Below, piece by piece: positions 1 through 10,881 of a stretch of DNA of 64,000 nucleotides (its first letter is position 1; each line of letters begins with the position of its first letter). The DNA is taken from positions 359,100 through 423,099 of the forward strand of contig CAWHGP010000005.1 in the NCBI GenBank assembly GCA_963828935.1, read 5' to 3'. The DNA is from an uncultured Acidobacteriota bacterium. GTDB lineage: Bacteria > Acidobacteriota > Terriglobia > Acidiferrales > UBA7541. A program made the position numbers and the translations under genes. Under the pieces are notes generated by a model that made no database searches, was not told the origin of the DNA, and worked only from the letters and a program-made list of their open reading frames with translations.

Positions 1-690
1 TGTTCTGCTTTCTGCCGGGCCGCCGCACGATCTTCCTGCGCGTGGATCGCTTTCAGCATCGCCGCCACTTCTTTCACCTTGCTGGTCAGCACTGCCGTCC
101 ACACGTTGCGATAAAAATGCACCGCACACCGCTGCCACTGCGCGCTTCCGGATAAAACTCCCCGAGGCTTTCCACCAGCCCCAGACACTTGTCCGAGACA
201 AATAGCCGCACGCCCTTTAGCCCGGGCTCTTTCAAATGCCGCAGAAACGCCGTCCAACTGGCCTTGACTTCTTTCGATCCTTCGGCAACTGCCAACACTT
301 CGCTAAATCCTTCGTCATTCACGCCAATCGCCACCAGTAACGACATATTGTGCACTTCGCCGCCCCAGCTCCGCTTCAGCCACAAGCCATCTAGAAACAC
401 ATAAGGGCGGTTCCCCTCGATCGGCCGGTTGTTCCAGGTCTCGATCTGCGCGTAGATCTTCTGATTTAGCTCGCTCACCGTGCTCGGGCTGACCCGCGTG
501 CCCCATAGCGCTTCGCTGATGTCTTCGACTCGTCATACGCTCACTCCCGCAAGATACATCTCCACCAATGCTTCTTCCACTGACCTTTCCGGTAGCGTTC
601 GATGATGGCCGTCTCAAACGGCAGCGTGCGTACCTTCGGCACCTTGAACCTGACTTCGTCCGCTTTCGTCTGTAGATCCACACGCCGTCT
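1..690 (-). pseudogene. IS256-family (Mutator-like) transposase remnant; runs off the left edge, N-terminal part missing, internally broken
   Basis: The minus-strand translation shows IS256 hallmarks spread over three frames: VRTLPFETAIIERYR / ERSVEEALVEMYLAGVSV*RVEDISEALWGTRVSPSTVSELNQKIY...PYVFLDGLWLKRSWGGEVHNMSLLVAIGV...FLRHLKEPGLKGVRLFVSDKCLGLVESLGEFYPEA / WQRCAVHFYRNVWTAV...KAIHAQEDRAAARQKAE. Frameshifts lie near nt 135 and nt 590, and there is an in-frame TGA at 533-535. Confidence 0.85.
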
Positions 691-708
691 GGGAGTGTCC
701 TAGCGTAA

Positions 709-1990
709 TCGGACGCAGGCGGGTCTCCAGTCAGTGTTGTCTCTATTGGGGCTACAAATGCTCAGAACGGTGCCGTTCCTTCCGCAACCATCACGGAAAC
801 TTTTAGTAGTCAAGATTTAACCGAGAGTACGCCACAAGGTCCTGCCCGTTTGAAGCCTGACATCACTGGTGTTGACGGTGTATCTATCACGGGCACAGGT
901 GGATTTGGCTTTGGCAACGGCTCAGTTTCCACGAAATGTAATCTAGGAATGACGCCTTGCTTCTTCTTTGGAACATCGGCAGCCGCGCCGCACGCAGCAG
1001 GTGTAACGGCACTTCTGTTGCAGATGGCACCATACCTACTTTCTAGCTCGCCGCTAAATTCAGCAGCCATAGCAAGAGCTAACCTTCGGAATTCACTGAA
1101 GAGCACAGCCGTTCCGCTGACGGGCCTTTTACAATCTACACCAAACAATACAGAAGGATTCGGTCTTATAAATGCCCTGGCTGCGGCGGCAACAATGCTT
1201 ACTACTACAGATGCGGGTACGAATCAGTTGGTGAACAGCACAGGACCAAATGGTGCAGCCGTCAACCTGGCTGGTAGTGGCTCTGACCCAAATCACTGCG
1301 CACTGTCATTTAGCTGGTCGGGTAGTTGTAGCACTGCCGTTGGAAACACTCCAGGAGTTATCTGCCCACTTGGTGTAGATACCGAAGCCCGCAGTATCAA
1401 CAATGGCGGGGTGGAAACGTCTCTTCCAACAAGCCCGGTCCAAATCATTGTCAGTGACTTTACAACTACAACGACTCAGTCAAGCGTCACCGTTCAAACT
1501 GGACGATCAGGAACAAATACGATCACTGTCAATTCACGATTCGGGGCATTTACCCAATCCTGTATCGCTTAGCTGCTTGGGACTTCCTTCACGGTCGTCA
1601 TGTTCATTTTCCCCGGCAGCCATAACTACGGGTTCCGGCTCGATAACATCCACATTAACAATTACAACCAGTGCCGCATCTTCTACAGTTCGGCAGTCTC
1701 CCTTCGGGTTTGGAGTGTCGCTAACCCCCTTTTCACTGGGTGCAATGCTCGCACCTATTGCTATTCTCATATTCGCATTTGTAAGAACAAAGTGGATGAG
1801 GCTGGCTTTCGGGTTTGCATCTATACTTTTTATAAGTCTTACGCTCTTGTCATCCTCGGGTTGTGCAGCAGGGACACCAACCACCTCATCATCCGACACA
1901 GGGACACCAACGGGAAGTTACACGGTCACCGTTGTCGGGACCTCAAAGTCGATCACACATGCGATAACAACCATGCTTACGGTCCAGTGA
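709..1990 (+). pseudogene. S8 (subtilisin-like) serine peptidase, C-terminal part only, frameshifted; C-terminal Ig-like repeat region and TM anchor
   Basis: The catalytic-Ser motif GTSAAAPHAAGVTALLL is present in ORF 850..1572. The open frame extends back to 709 with no start codon or N-terminal catalytic Asp/His region, and it abuts the IS256 remnant. The reading frame switches near nt 1550 into ORF 1403..1990 (PVSLSCLGLPSRSSCSFSPAAITTGSGSITSTLTITT, then a hydrophobic helix). Confidence 0.75.
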
Positions 1991-2195
1991 TGCATCCCAA
2001 TGCTTCACGGTGTAGCTTGAGAATGGCATCACGCGGATTCTGGTGCGGGCCATCGGTGTTGCTCTATTATAGATGCGTACTGGAATTAGACACTCACAAC
2101 TTGTCACAGCGGGTTATTACCGTAGAGAGAGCCGTATTGTCACGAGCGCAACAGTTAGAACACTTGGCTACCGATAATGATGAGAAGGTAGCGAT

Positions 2196-3327
2196 TATTA
2201 CTCCGAGCACTAAATTGATGACACTTTTCAGATGGCGGCGTATTGGACGTGGCGTTCGTGAAAGTAGTTCTTCACCAACTTGGGCCTAGCCTGTGTGATC
2301 CGAAGGTAAGAGCGAACGTTGCTCATCATCTCCTGCACGTTCACCGGACGGACACGACCCAGGGCGTTAGTCTTCACATCTTGGTTTAGCAATTCGTCCG
2401 GATTCAGTTCTGGACTGTAAGACGGCAGCCAGAAGAGCCGAATTTGCGCAGCGCGCTTCGCTAACCATCGATTCACCAACCGCGATTTGTGTACCGGGTG
2501 GCCATCCGCAATCAGGAACACTTTCCTCCTCGTCTTCCGCGTCAGTCGCAGGAGACGGCGGAGGAAATTCAAAAATACCCGCGCGGTGAAGCGCTGACGG
2601 AAAATCATGAAGGCCAACCGCCCCCGATTGGTGATCGCCGAGACCATGTTGCATCGGAAACGCTGCCCGGTCCCCCAGACAACCGGTGTTTGGCCGCGTC
2701 GTCCGTAGGACCGTCCCACTTGATGGTCCGAACGTAATCCCATCTCGTCCAACCAATGGATTTGCGCCTTGTATCGCCGTGCCCACGCTCGAATGGCCGG
2801 GTATTCTTCTTCCAGCTATTTCCGCACCGTTGCTGGATTTTGTTCGTAGGCTCGCCGTACCGGTTTTTGCGGCGTCAAACCCCACGCTCGCAAATAGCGT
2901 CCCACCGTCCACACCGAAACGGCCACACCGAACTTCCGAGACAAGAGCTGTTGCACCGCTTCTCGGGTCCACAGGGCAAAGGGTAAGCTCATCTGATCGG
3001 GACAGCCGCTGAGTATCCTGCGCACTGCGGTGGCCGCCTGGTGCGGGGCCAGGCGCGACCGCGGGGGACGCCCCCGACGACGGGCGCGCAGAGTCCGCAA
3101 GCCTTGCCGCTTGGCCCGGCTCACCCAGCCGTTGATGGTTCCCCGCGCTAGCCCAAAGACGCGAGCGGCCTCCGTTTGCGCCATCCCATTCCGAACTGCC
3201 TTCACCACGCGCAGGCGCAAGGTCTCCTGCGCCTTGGCAGGAAGAGAACGAGCATCGTGAGTTTCCATGCCCGCGACGATGGCACTCAATCAGGAGTCAT
3301 GTCAACTATTTAATGCTCCGATTAGTA
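2196..3327 (-). mobile_element. IS630-family insertion sequence, copy 1 (about 1.13 kb) flanked by TA
   Basis: Colinear with 17403..18534 (offset 15207), with only two substitutions seen by eye. Imperfect terminal inverted repeats are present (TTACTCCGAGCACTAAATTGATGAC / reverse complement of GTCAACTATTTAATGCTCCGATTAG). A TA dinucleotide lies at both junctions (2196-2197, 3326-3327). Confidence 0.85.
2228..3289 (-). pseudogene. IS630-family transposase inactivated by a nonsense mutation
   Basis: Split into ORFs 2816..3289 and 2228..2752. Compared with the intact 353-aa copy, the codon TGG (W in ...TVRKWLEEEY) is TAG here (C to T on the plus strand at 2817). Confidence 0.9.
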
Positions 3328-3865
3328 ACATCAACTTTAAGCATCACACTCGCCTCGGATACGTGACCGGGGTCGACTTAAACATGATAAGCGTGCCGTT
3401 AATTGCTATACACCGAGCAGCGACGTCGTGTCCACGAATTGAAATGCCTCACGGCAAAAGCCATTATGAAGTCCGAGCCAAATACCCTCGAAGACCTACA
3501 CAATAGGATTTTAAAGTTGGAGCAGGCGAACCGACCGACAGCCTCGCAGAACGGGATGAGCATAATGAACTGACCTCCATAAAAGTAACGATCTCTCCTC
3601 GATCTGGCCAGTCAACCGGTTTTCTCGGACGTCAAAGATCAATTTGAGAATGCGGCATCAGCTGTGAAGGATTGGCAATGCTCGCTAGCCTGCCCGTTTA
3701 GGCAGACCGCAGCAGTTCGAATTGTGCGCCAGCAAATCGATAGGACGAGTTGTGCAAGTCACCAACTTCGGAAGAACAGTGCACGGATGAACAAGCAAGC
3801 AAGACATGAAAACCAGCGTTCCTGGCAGTGCGTGACGGCTTCTTCCTGCGGCGTACAGAGTTTTG

Positions 3866-4639
3866 TTAAGGATGGTTGTAGCCGGGAGTGGTGTCGTTCG
3901 GCGGAATATATTGCTGCCCGTACTTGTCTTTGTGTTCGAGCGTAAAGTCTGAATTCTCCACCACCCGAATGGATTCCAAAGATCGTGCCGTGTCGGAAAT
4001 CGTGACTACGCGGCCCGCGCTCTTCAGGTCTCCCGGCAGACTGCGCTCATACCAAACGTTCAATTGGTACTTTCCGTCGGGCACATTCGGGATGTTCACG
4101 CGGCCTGCCCGGTCCGATATTCCAAAGTATGGCGTGTCGACCGCAACGACCGCCGCGCTCATTTCTGGATGGATGTTGCAGAAAATAAAACTCACCCCGG
4201 CCCGGTCGAAACGCACCGTCCTGCTGGAGCCCGCCTCGTAAAATCCAAGGTCGAAGCTCTTGCCATTGAAGAGCGAAAAGACATTATGGAGGAACGGATC
4301 CTTGTTCGGAAATCGGACTGCCGTTCCCACTTGAACGGCCAAGACATGTGGGTCAAAGCTCTTGTTTGTTTGCGCGATTTGGGGCATTGGTCGCGCAGAC
4401 GAAATCGCTGAGGGTGCGGGCGCATCGGAATCGATCGGAGTCAGCCAGACGACCACGTTCGACACATCGCCGCTGCCCTTCGCCGGTGCGGCCTTCCGTT
4501 CCGCACTCGAATTTGCAATCTCGACTTTAATAGTCACAGGCGGCGGCACTTTCTGTGCGAGTAGGGCGCACGCGTAGAAGCACACGGAGGCTACACTGCC
4601 GAGTTTGCCCATTCGCCCCACTGTTTTCGACGTTCGCAC
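3866..4639 (-). CDS. Exported cupredoxin (amicyanin/plastocyanin-like type-1 copper site) with a C-terminal carboxypeptidase-regulatory-like beta-sandwich
   Basis: Signal-like N-terminus. PFLHNVFS ... FIFCNIHPEMSAAVV gives a His ... Cys-x2-His-x2-Met ligand pattern like amicyanin. GRVNIPNVPDGKYQLNVWYE is typical of CarboxypepD_reg. The start is uncertain (GTG at 4639 or ATG at 4612). Confidence 0.7.
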   Translation of the reverse strand: MRTSKTVGRMGKLGSVASVCFYACALLAQKVPPPVTIKVEIANSSAERKAAPAKGSGDVSNVVVWLTPIDSDAPAPSAISSARPMPQIAQTNKSFDPHVLAVQVGTAVRFPNKDPFLHNVFSLFNGKSFDLGFYEAGSSRTVRFDRAGVSFIFCNIHPEMSAAVVAVDTPYFGISDRAGRVNIPNVPDGKYQLNVWYERSLPGDLKSAGRVVTISDTARSLESIRVVENSDFTLEHKDKYGQQYIPPNDTTPGYNHP

Positions 4640-6294
4640 TAAAACAGGTACCCTAGACTTAGGTTAGTGTGGCCTGCGCTATTTGGACTACCGTCAAGTA
4701 CCGATGTTTGCAGCCAGCGATATTCCAACGAGAAGAGCACGTCCGAGCGTATCTGGTAAATGAAATTCACGAACGGACTGAGATTTCTTGTATATAACAC
4801 GGGATAAATTGAATTCGCTTTGTACAGGCGCATTTCGCTTGCAAATGGATTGTCCAGCCCGACAGCACCATTGATTTCAAATTTTGTCGTGACCTTAAAT
4901 TTCAACTGCGCCCATCCTCCCGCCGAGTCGAGCCCGTCGAAGCTCGTAGCAGGGTCAATGAACGAACCATTGAGCAGGACGCTTTGACCAACTCCGCCGC
5001 CAAGCCCCGCCACAGCGCGGCCTCTGTAAAATGCTCCAGTAAACTCAAATCTCTTTCCGACGGGAAGCGTAACGTCTGCCGTTCCGGCCCACCCGTCAAC
5101 GGCCCGGTGGAATCCCCAATTCTGGCGCCCGGAATACCCGCCCGTTCCAATTGTGAGATTCCGGCCAAATGCACGATGATTCCACGCAATCCGGACAGCG
5201 TATGCAGGCTGACCCGACAATTCGCCCCAGCTCGGGTAACGGTTGTAACCCGGAAGAGGCAAGTCTCCAGTAAGTGAATCCAGGATTCCCGCCTGAAGCA
5301 CGACACTCGATGCATCCGACAGCGAGATGCGGCGCTCGATACGCACCTGCGGCGTCCACGCCCACAAGTCCCCGGCGTAGGACAGCGCGGGAGTTGCGAG
5401 CGTTGCAAGCGACGTAGGAGCGAGCGGGACAAAAAACAATCCATCTTGCCCGGCGACGATGGAGGTATTGGTCCAGTCCAGCCTCATTGTGCCGGTGCGC
5501 AGACGTACCAGGCCCATTGCAGCGCCGTTCCATTGGTTCGGAAATCCGCCGGCGAAATCAAATGCGATATCGGCGCTGGTCCGTGCGCCAGCGATATCAG
5601 GTCCGAAGGTCTGGAGTCTGAGTTGGGATTGCCGAACGGAGCCGCCAAACGCACCCGAAGAGACAAACAGTGGATTCGATTGTGGCGGTTCCACCAATTG
5701 CGGAAAATCTTGATTGTCGACAAGTCCATGATTCTCGTACAAATTGAGCAGGACCAATCCCGAGAGGCGCAACCGGTACTTCGATCCGCTCTCGATTTTG
5801 GTCCGATACTGGTCGTTGACCTTGGCCTCGGTGAGTTCCTGGTTCTCTTGCAGCTTGGTAACACGGTCCTCTGTGCTGCCTTGTTCAACAGTGGCAGGCG
5901 ACTGCGGTGCAACGGGTTGTTCGGTCAAGTCTCTCATGCCGTTCTTCGAATACACATTCACTGGCACCTCGGTGGCAGGAACCTTTTGCGTTTTCACTAG
6001 ATCCAGCTCGTGACGAAGCGCGCGCGTCTCCTCCGCCGTGCGCTGCTGTTCGGCTCGCAGGTCGGTCAATTGCGAATTCAACGCTTGCACCTCCATTTGC
6101 AGATCGCGAATCAGTTCCGGGAGGGCTCCCGATTCCGGCTCAGTTTCGGTCGGCGGCTGGCTCAAAGGCGCCAGCCTGTGACTCTCCTGTGCGCGGGTCG
6201 CAGATGAAGCTACGCACAACGAAGTCGCGACTATGCAAATGTTTAAAAGAATTCCGCCGTGGCTCTTCCTCTGCATCATTCCCTCCTGCAACAC
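4639..6294 (-). CDS. Outer-membrane beta-barrel protein with an N-terminal coiled-coil segment
   Basis: Signal peptide (ICIVATSLCVASSATRAQ), a heptad-like charged stretch (LIRDLQMEVQALNSQLTDLRAEQQRTAEETRALRHELDL), a long region of alternating beta-strand-like sequence, and a C-terminal ...LSLGYLF (terminal Phe typical of OMPs). Its stop abuts the start of the cupredoxin gene. Confidence 0.65.
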   Translation of the reverse strand: MLQEGMMQRKSHGGILLNICIVATSLCVASSATRAQESHRLAPLSQPPTETEPESGALPELIRDLQMEVQALNSQLTDLRAEQQRTAEETRALRHELDLVKTQKVPATEVPVNVYSKNGMRDLTEQPVAPQSPATVEQGSTEDRVTKLQENQELTEAKVNDQYRTKIESGSKYRLRLSGLVLLNLYENHGLVDNQDFPQLVEPPQSNPLFVSSGAFGGSVRQSQLRLQTFGPDIAGARTSADIAFDFAGGFPNQWNGAAMGLVRLRTGTMRLDWTNTSIVAGQDGLFFVPLAPTSLATLATPALSYAGDLWAWTPQVRIERRISLSDASSVVLQAGILDSLTGDLPLPGYNRYPSWGELSGQPAYAVRIAWNHRAFGRNLTIGTGGYSGRQNWGFHRAVDGWAGTADVTLPVGKRFEFTGAFYRGRAVAGLGGGVGQSVLLNGSFIDPATSFDGLDSAGGWAQLKFKVTTKFEINGAVGLDNPFASEMRLYKANSIYPVLYTRNLSPFVNFIYQIRSDVLFSLEYRWLQTSVLDGSPNSAGHTNLSLGYLF

Positions 6295-6342
6295 TCGGCG
6301 TCAGCTGCCCCCGGTGAAATGGCTAGCAAAGTTCCGGAGCAT

Positions 6343-8598
6343 CTAGCTCACGCGGCACTCTTTCAGATATTGCTCCTGTTGGGCCTGCGGTTGTGTGAGC
6401 GCTTCGCGTACGATGCCGACCAAGGAAACCGGAGAAAACGGCTTCTGAAGAACGGGGGCTTGCGGAAAGGCACGTCTCGAGTCTCCTCGTGAAAATTCGG
6501 AATAGCCTGACATAAACGCCACACGGATATCCGGGCGAATACTCTTCAAGCGCTCCGCCAGTTCGGTGCCAACCATTTTGGGCATGACCATGTCACTCAG
6601 CACCAAGTGAATTACTCCAGGATACTGGGCGGCGATTTGTAGCGCATCCGGGCCATTTTTGGCCTCAAGCACGTCGTAGCCCTTAGCACGCAGGAACCGG
6701 CAAGCCAGTTCGCGTACACCCTCTTCGTCCTCGACCACGAGAACCGTCTCGCTGCCGCGCGGAATGTCGGAGGATCTTCCGTCCGTGTCGGGTTCTGTTG
6801 CGACTCCAGCGGCCTGCGGAAGATAAATTTCGAAGGTCGTGCCCTTCCCGGGCGAGCTGGTGACCCAGATAAAACCGCCGCTCTGTTTTATGATGCCATA
6901 GACCGTAGCCAGGCCGAGCCCCGTTCCCTTTCCAATTTCCTTGGTGGTGAAAAACGGCTCGAAAATGCGAGCCCTCGTCGCGTCGTCCATTCCGTGCCCC
7001 GTGTCCGTCACAGACAGCAATACATACTCGCCGGGGACCATCGGGGGACGATGGACCGCTTCCACTTCGTTGATCGAAATGTTTGCCGTTCGCACCGAGA
7101 GCTTGCCGCCATCCGGCATCGCATCCCGCGCATTGACGGCAAGATTCAAGATGACTTGTTCGATTTGCCCTGGATCTGCTTTCACCGTCGCGAGTTTGGG
7201 ATCGGGCATGAACGAATATTCGATGTGTTCGCCGATTAATCGAGGCAGCATCTTACCCATCTCGGCGACAACGGCGTTCAACTCGAGAACGCACGGCTGG
7301 AGCACCTGCATGCGGCTAAACGCCAGCAGTTGACGCGTCATGGAAACTGCGCGGCCAGCAGCCTTCTGAATTTGTTGCACGCACCTCCGATCAGAATCAT
7401 CCGCTCCTTCGCGGTCGATCAGCAGATCGCCATTGCCCATGATAATCGTTAGCAAATTATTGAAGTCGTGCGCTACGCCTCCCGCCAGCCTGCCTACAGC
7501 CTCCATCTTGTGCGCATGTCGCAACCGCTCCTCGAGCTGCTTCTGCTCTTTCTGCGTACTTTCCATACTGGCGCGCATCCGGATGAAAGCATTCGTGACT
7601 TCGGTAACTTCGTCGCCGCCGCTGCTTTCGAGCGGGTAGCTAAAATCGCCCCGCCCCAAGGCACGTACGCCTGCGACGAGTGCTGCGAGAGGCTTGGTAA
7701 AAGTATGCGAGATCAAGAACACAAGGCCGCTTCCTGACAGAACGCTGAGTAATCCGAGGCCGATCAACACGCGGTTCAATTCACTGAGGAACAGAGTGGC
7801 CTTGTCGAACGATTTTAGGACTGTCAGGGAGACCGCGGAACCTCCACCCGGAGACAAATTCACCGTCTCGGCTAGATATCGCTCGGTGCCAAGCTGAACC
7901 TCTTCCGTTTCGCCGGGAAAGCTCTTGGTATTTCGGTGAATCTGTTGGGCCAATTCTTTTCGTTGTGCCGTATTGAGTGTGCTGGCAACCGTGATCTCTC
8001 CAAAATTTACCGCCACTTCGCTCGATGCAATATTGCCGAATTTTCTTGCCGCGCGCTCGTCAATCTCATCACCCAGGGCCAGAAGCCCGATGGGCGTATT
8101 CTGGGAAGGCGTGCCGAAATAGATTGGCTGAATTCCCACCTCGTACAAATGGCCGTCGGCAAACCACCAGTCTCGCGATTCTCCTCGATCGAGTGAATGC
8201 CGCAGGAGTTCCTGCGCCGCGCCCGGTGAAACACCGACGCTGCTGGCTCGCAGCGCGTTTACATTTCCCGCGCGATTCGCTAAGACGAGCAGGTCGCTTC
8301 CGCTCAACCGCCATACGTCCGCGGAAGCATCTTGTATGGTGGCGTTGTCTTCCGTAGTCATCAGGGCGCGGACGTTGGGCAGTTGGGCGAGCAACGACGC
8401 CGATCGGGCGAGCGTGTCCTGCCGCTGCTTTTCGGAGTTCTGGTAGGTATTTACGGAGTTGCGCAACTCTTCACGAATGTTTTCCCGCACTCGCTTGCGG
8501 ACACTATAGCTGACGATAAGGAGCGTGGCGGCCATCAGGCCGGCGGAAACCGCCACGATCGACAGAAGAAATTTAGTCCGTAAACGAATCTTGCCCAC
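6343..8598 (-). CDS. Hybrid sensor histidine kinase (TM - periplasmic sensor - TM - HAMP - HisKA - HATPase_c - receiver)
   Basis: H-box GGVAHDFNNLL; N-box LNLAVNARDAM; G-boxes DTGHGM and GKGTGLGLATVYG; C-terminal receiver (VLVVEDEEGVRE...VLSDMVMPKM). Two hydrophobic helices bracket a ~260-aa sensor region. Confidence 0.9.
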   Translation of the reverse strand: MGKIRLRTKFLLSIVAVSAGLMAATLLIVSYSVRKRVRENIREELRNSVNTYQNSEKQRQDTLARSASLLAQLPNVRALMTTEDNATIQDASADVWRLSGSDLLVLANRAGNVNALRASSVGVSPGAAQELLRHSLDRGESRDWWFADGHLYEVGIQPIYFGTPSQNTPIGLLALGDEIDERAARKFGNIASSEVAVNFGEITVASTLNTAQRKELAQQIHRNTKSFPGETEEVQLGTERYLAETVNLSPGGGSAVSLTVLKSFDKATLFLSELNRVLIGLGLLSVLSGSGLVFLISHTFTKPLAALVAGVRALGRGDFSYPLESSGGDEVTEVTNAFIRMRASMESTQKEQKQLEERLRHAHKMEAVGRLAGGVAHDFNNLLTIIMGNGDLLIDREGADDSDRRCVQQIQKAAGRAVSMTRQLLAFSRMQVLQPCVLELNAVVAEMGKMLPRLIGEHIEYSFMPDPKLATVKADPGQIEQVILNLAVNARDAMPDGGKLSVRTANISINEVEAVHRPPMVPGEYVLLSVTDTGHGMDDATRARIFEPFFTTKEIGKGTGLGLATVYGIIKQSGGFIWVTSSPGKGTTFEIYLPQAAGVATEPDTDGRSSDIPRGSETVLVVEDEEGVRELACRFLRAKGYDVLEAKNGPDALQIAAQYPGVIHLVLSDMVMPKMVGTELAERLKSIRPDIRVAFMSGYSEFSRGDSRRAFPQAPVLQKPFSPVSLVGIVREALTQPQAQQEQYLKECRVS

Positions 8599-9408
8599 GC
8601 GGGAATCTCACTCCAGAAAAAAGTGTTTTGGAAATCAGAACTTTACATTGAGAGATATCCACAACCCCCGGGAGTCAATCTAACACTGGGGCCGCAGGCC
8701 GAGTGGATGGCCAGGGCCCGCGTTGTCGAATGAAGCACAGTGTCTGCCGCAGGAGCGTCAATTTGCGAGCCATTTACGAGGATGGGCAAAGCCGCGATTC
8801 GCTGGTATTTGCATAGAGCGAAAAGATCTTCTAACGGCGCCGGTTGCAGCGCTGGCGAACCTCGACCGACCTACGCCATGTTTGACTCCTTCGGCCGCCG
8901 AATGCGTCGTCTGCAGGTACACGGAGGACTACCAGCGCGGATATTGCAGGGGATCGCTGAGGATGTCGTAGTCTCCCGTGCGTTCTTGCTCTGCTTCCGC
9001 CAGCGATGCCGTTGGATCGTGATGCCGATGGATGTGTATCGACCATTGGTACATCGTCGCCGTGCACAAGTAGGTTCGAAAGGTCTTTCGCGAGATCGTC
9101 GAAGCCGGAGTTGCCATTGTACGTGCTGATTCGTAGAACGGCTGTGGCACTTGTTAGGCCGTAGCACCGTTGTGGAACTTCTGTGGCTTCTGTTACATCG
9201 TTTGGCTCAGGTCATGGGCTCGGTTGAAACCTGAAAATGTATTCGCGGGCGTTACAGTGGTGGGCACCTCCCAGGATGCGGTCGACGTACTTGCCGGAAG
9301 CGATATGTACTTCGACTTGGCCGGTGCCAGTGCCACGACGGATTGATGGGAAGTTGGCAAACGTAGCGGTTGGGGCTGCTTGAACGCATGGTCCGAGATG
9401 TTCGCACG

Positions 9409-10038
9409 TCAACTTTTAGGCTGCTTTCCCTTCAGCACTCGCGCCCTTTTCATTTTTGCTCGAATCACTGAAGGTTCTGAGCAGCTAATACAACTGAGCG
9501 TATTTGAATAGATTTGCGCGGCACCAAAAACAGTCCCAACCGATAATTTCATCTCCCGTGCAATCGTTCGCCACGATTTTCCATTCTGCCGCAGGGCAGC
9601 AATCCTGGCTGTGTCCACCATCTTTCTTGGCCTGCCCAACCGCTTGCCCTTTGCCCGTGCATGTCGCAGTCCTGAGAGAACACGTTCAACGACTAGATTT
9701 CGTTCCAGTTCACTCACCGCCCCCAACACCGTAAATACCATTTTTCCTGTGGGTGTGCTGGTATCGACCTGTTCTGCCAGCGACACGAATTGAACCCCGA
9801 GCGCGTTGAAAGTTTCCAGAGCACGCAAGAGATGCGACACGGAACGGGCGAACTGGTCAAATCGGGCCACCACGACCACATCGAATCTCCGTTGGTGAGC
9901 ATCCTCCATCATCCTGTTCAACTGGGGTCGGGAATCCTTTCTGCCGGAGACACCTCTGTCTACATACACACTGAAGATTTGAAATCCACGCCCCTGACAA
10001 TCCTCGGTCGCTGCGACATATTCGCCTTGTCGTAGCAC
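9409..10038 (-). pseudogene. Serine recombinase (resolvase/invertase family) apparently lacking the N-terminal catalytic-serine segment
   Basis: The core is present (YVDRGVSGRKDSRPQLNRMMEDA...FDVVVVARFDQFARSV...GVQFVSLAEQVDTSTPTGKMVFTVLGAVSELERNLVVERV...GKRLGRPRK plus an HTH). There is no RVST-like motif. Upstream, a different frame reads MNNANRDKAVQDDLQQIKEE, a possible shifted remnant of the S-T-x-D-K-x-Q region. Confidence 0.55.
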
Positions 10039-10118
10039 GACGATTCCTCCTTAATCTGCTGAAGGTCGTCTTGAACAGCTTTGTCGCGGTTCGCGTTGTT
10101 CATAACTCCTCCAGCACT

Positions 10119-10881
10119 TCAGTGATCGACGCCAATCTTTCTTGCCTGCGTCGGCTGTACGTCGGGAGAACTTTCGGTCTCCTTTTGTTTCGCTAATTCC
10201 GCTTGAGCTTTTTCAACGGTGTGACGCGCGTAGTATTCAGGGTTCTTCTTGTCGGCAGATCGAAAGTCTGCTATCCGCCGGATGATTTCTTCCATCTCGT
10301 CGCCGGGCGCCAGCGCGCGCTTGGCATAGGCCCAATCCGGTTCAGACTGGCAGTTGTGTCCCGCCGACAGTCTCCGCCCGGATTCGCTGCCCAGATGCCG
10401 GGCTGTCTCCGGCGAATCTTCCTTAATCATGAAATCGCGTGCGTGATAAATCTCGTTTGATTCCTGGCGAGCTTGGACTCAGCCTGTTCCCGGTCCAATC
10501 CTTCGACTTTCCAAATGGTGTTTACCGGGAGGGGTATCGAGGGCAAAGTTCGGTGTCGGGACTTCAGGCGAGTTGCGAATGGCCTCCAGTGCGCGAGGTC
10601 GAGATAGAGATGGCGAATTTCCCGGATATTGCCCTTCGTCCGGCCATCGGCCCCATCCTTGAGTGGGTTCATTCCTATGAAAATGTCCGCCCCAGCCGAG
10701 TTCTCGCCCCTCAACCAGTATTGGAACTCCGGACCCGCTACGGTTTCTGCCAATGTGATCCGATGCACTGTCTGGCCCGTTCTGCGATTACGCGTCAGGA
10801 TCGCGACGGTGTCCGTTGGGTCGAAGAGCGCAAGGGCATACTCTGAAGCTGACAGGGACTTGGGTGTGACGTGTCGTTGGG
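10119..10881 (-). pseudogene. RepB-type DNA primase domain protein, frameshifted and without an evident start
   Basis: GADIFIGMNPLKDGADGRTKGNIREIRHLYLDL then loss of frame; WKVEGLDREQAESKLAR; the downstream ORF 10119..10430 carries the typical tail SEPDWAYAKRAL...IIRRIADFRSADKKNPEYYARHTVEKA. The open frame upstream to 10881 has no ATG. Confidence 0.55.

Noticed and set aside
1600-2289. A 229-aa plus-strand ORF overlapping the end of the S8 peptidase region.
   Set aside because: It overlaps the better-supported frame (Ig-like repeats plus TM anchor). Its translation is Cys/His/Arg-rich and has no recognisable features.
8600-9408. An 800-bp stretch with overlapping 60-130-aa ORFs on both strands. 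One ends ...ASGKYVDRILGGA, faintly reminiscent of the C-terminus of some ABC substrate-binding proteins.
   Set aside because: No frame gives a coherent protein, the match is only about 10 residues, and no start or RBS is evident. The stretch is left unannotated and may be eroded mobile-element DNA.
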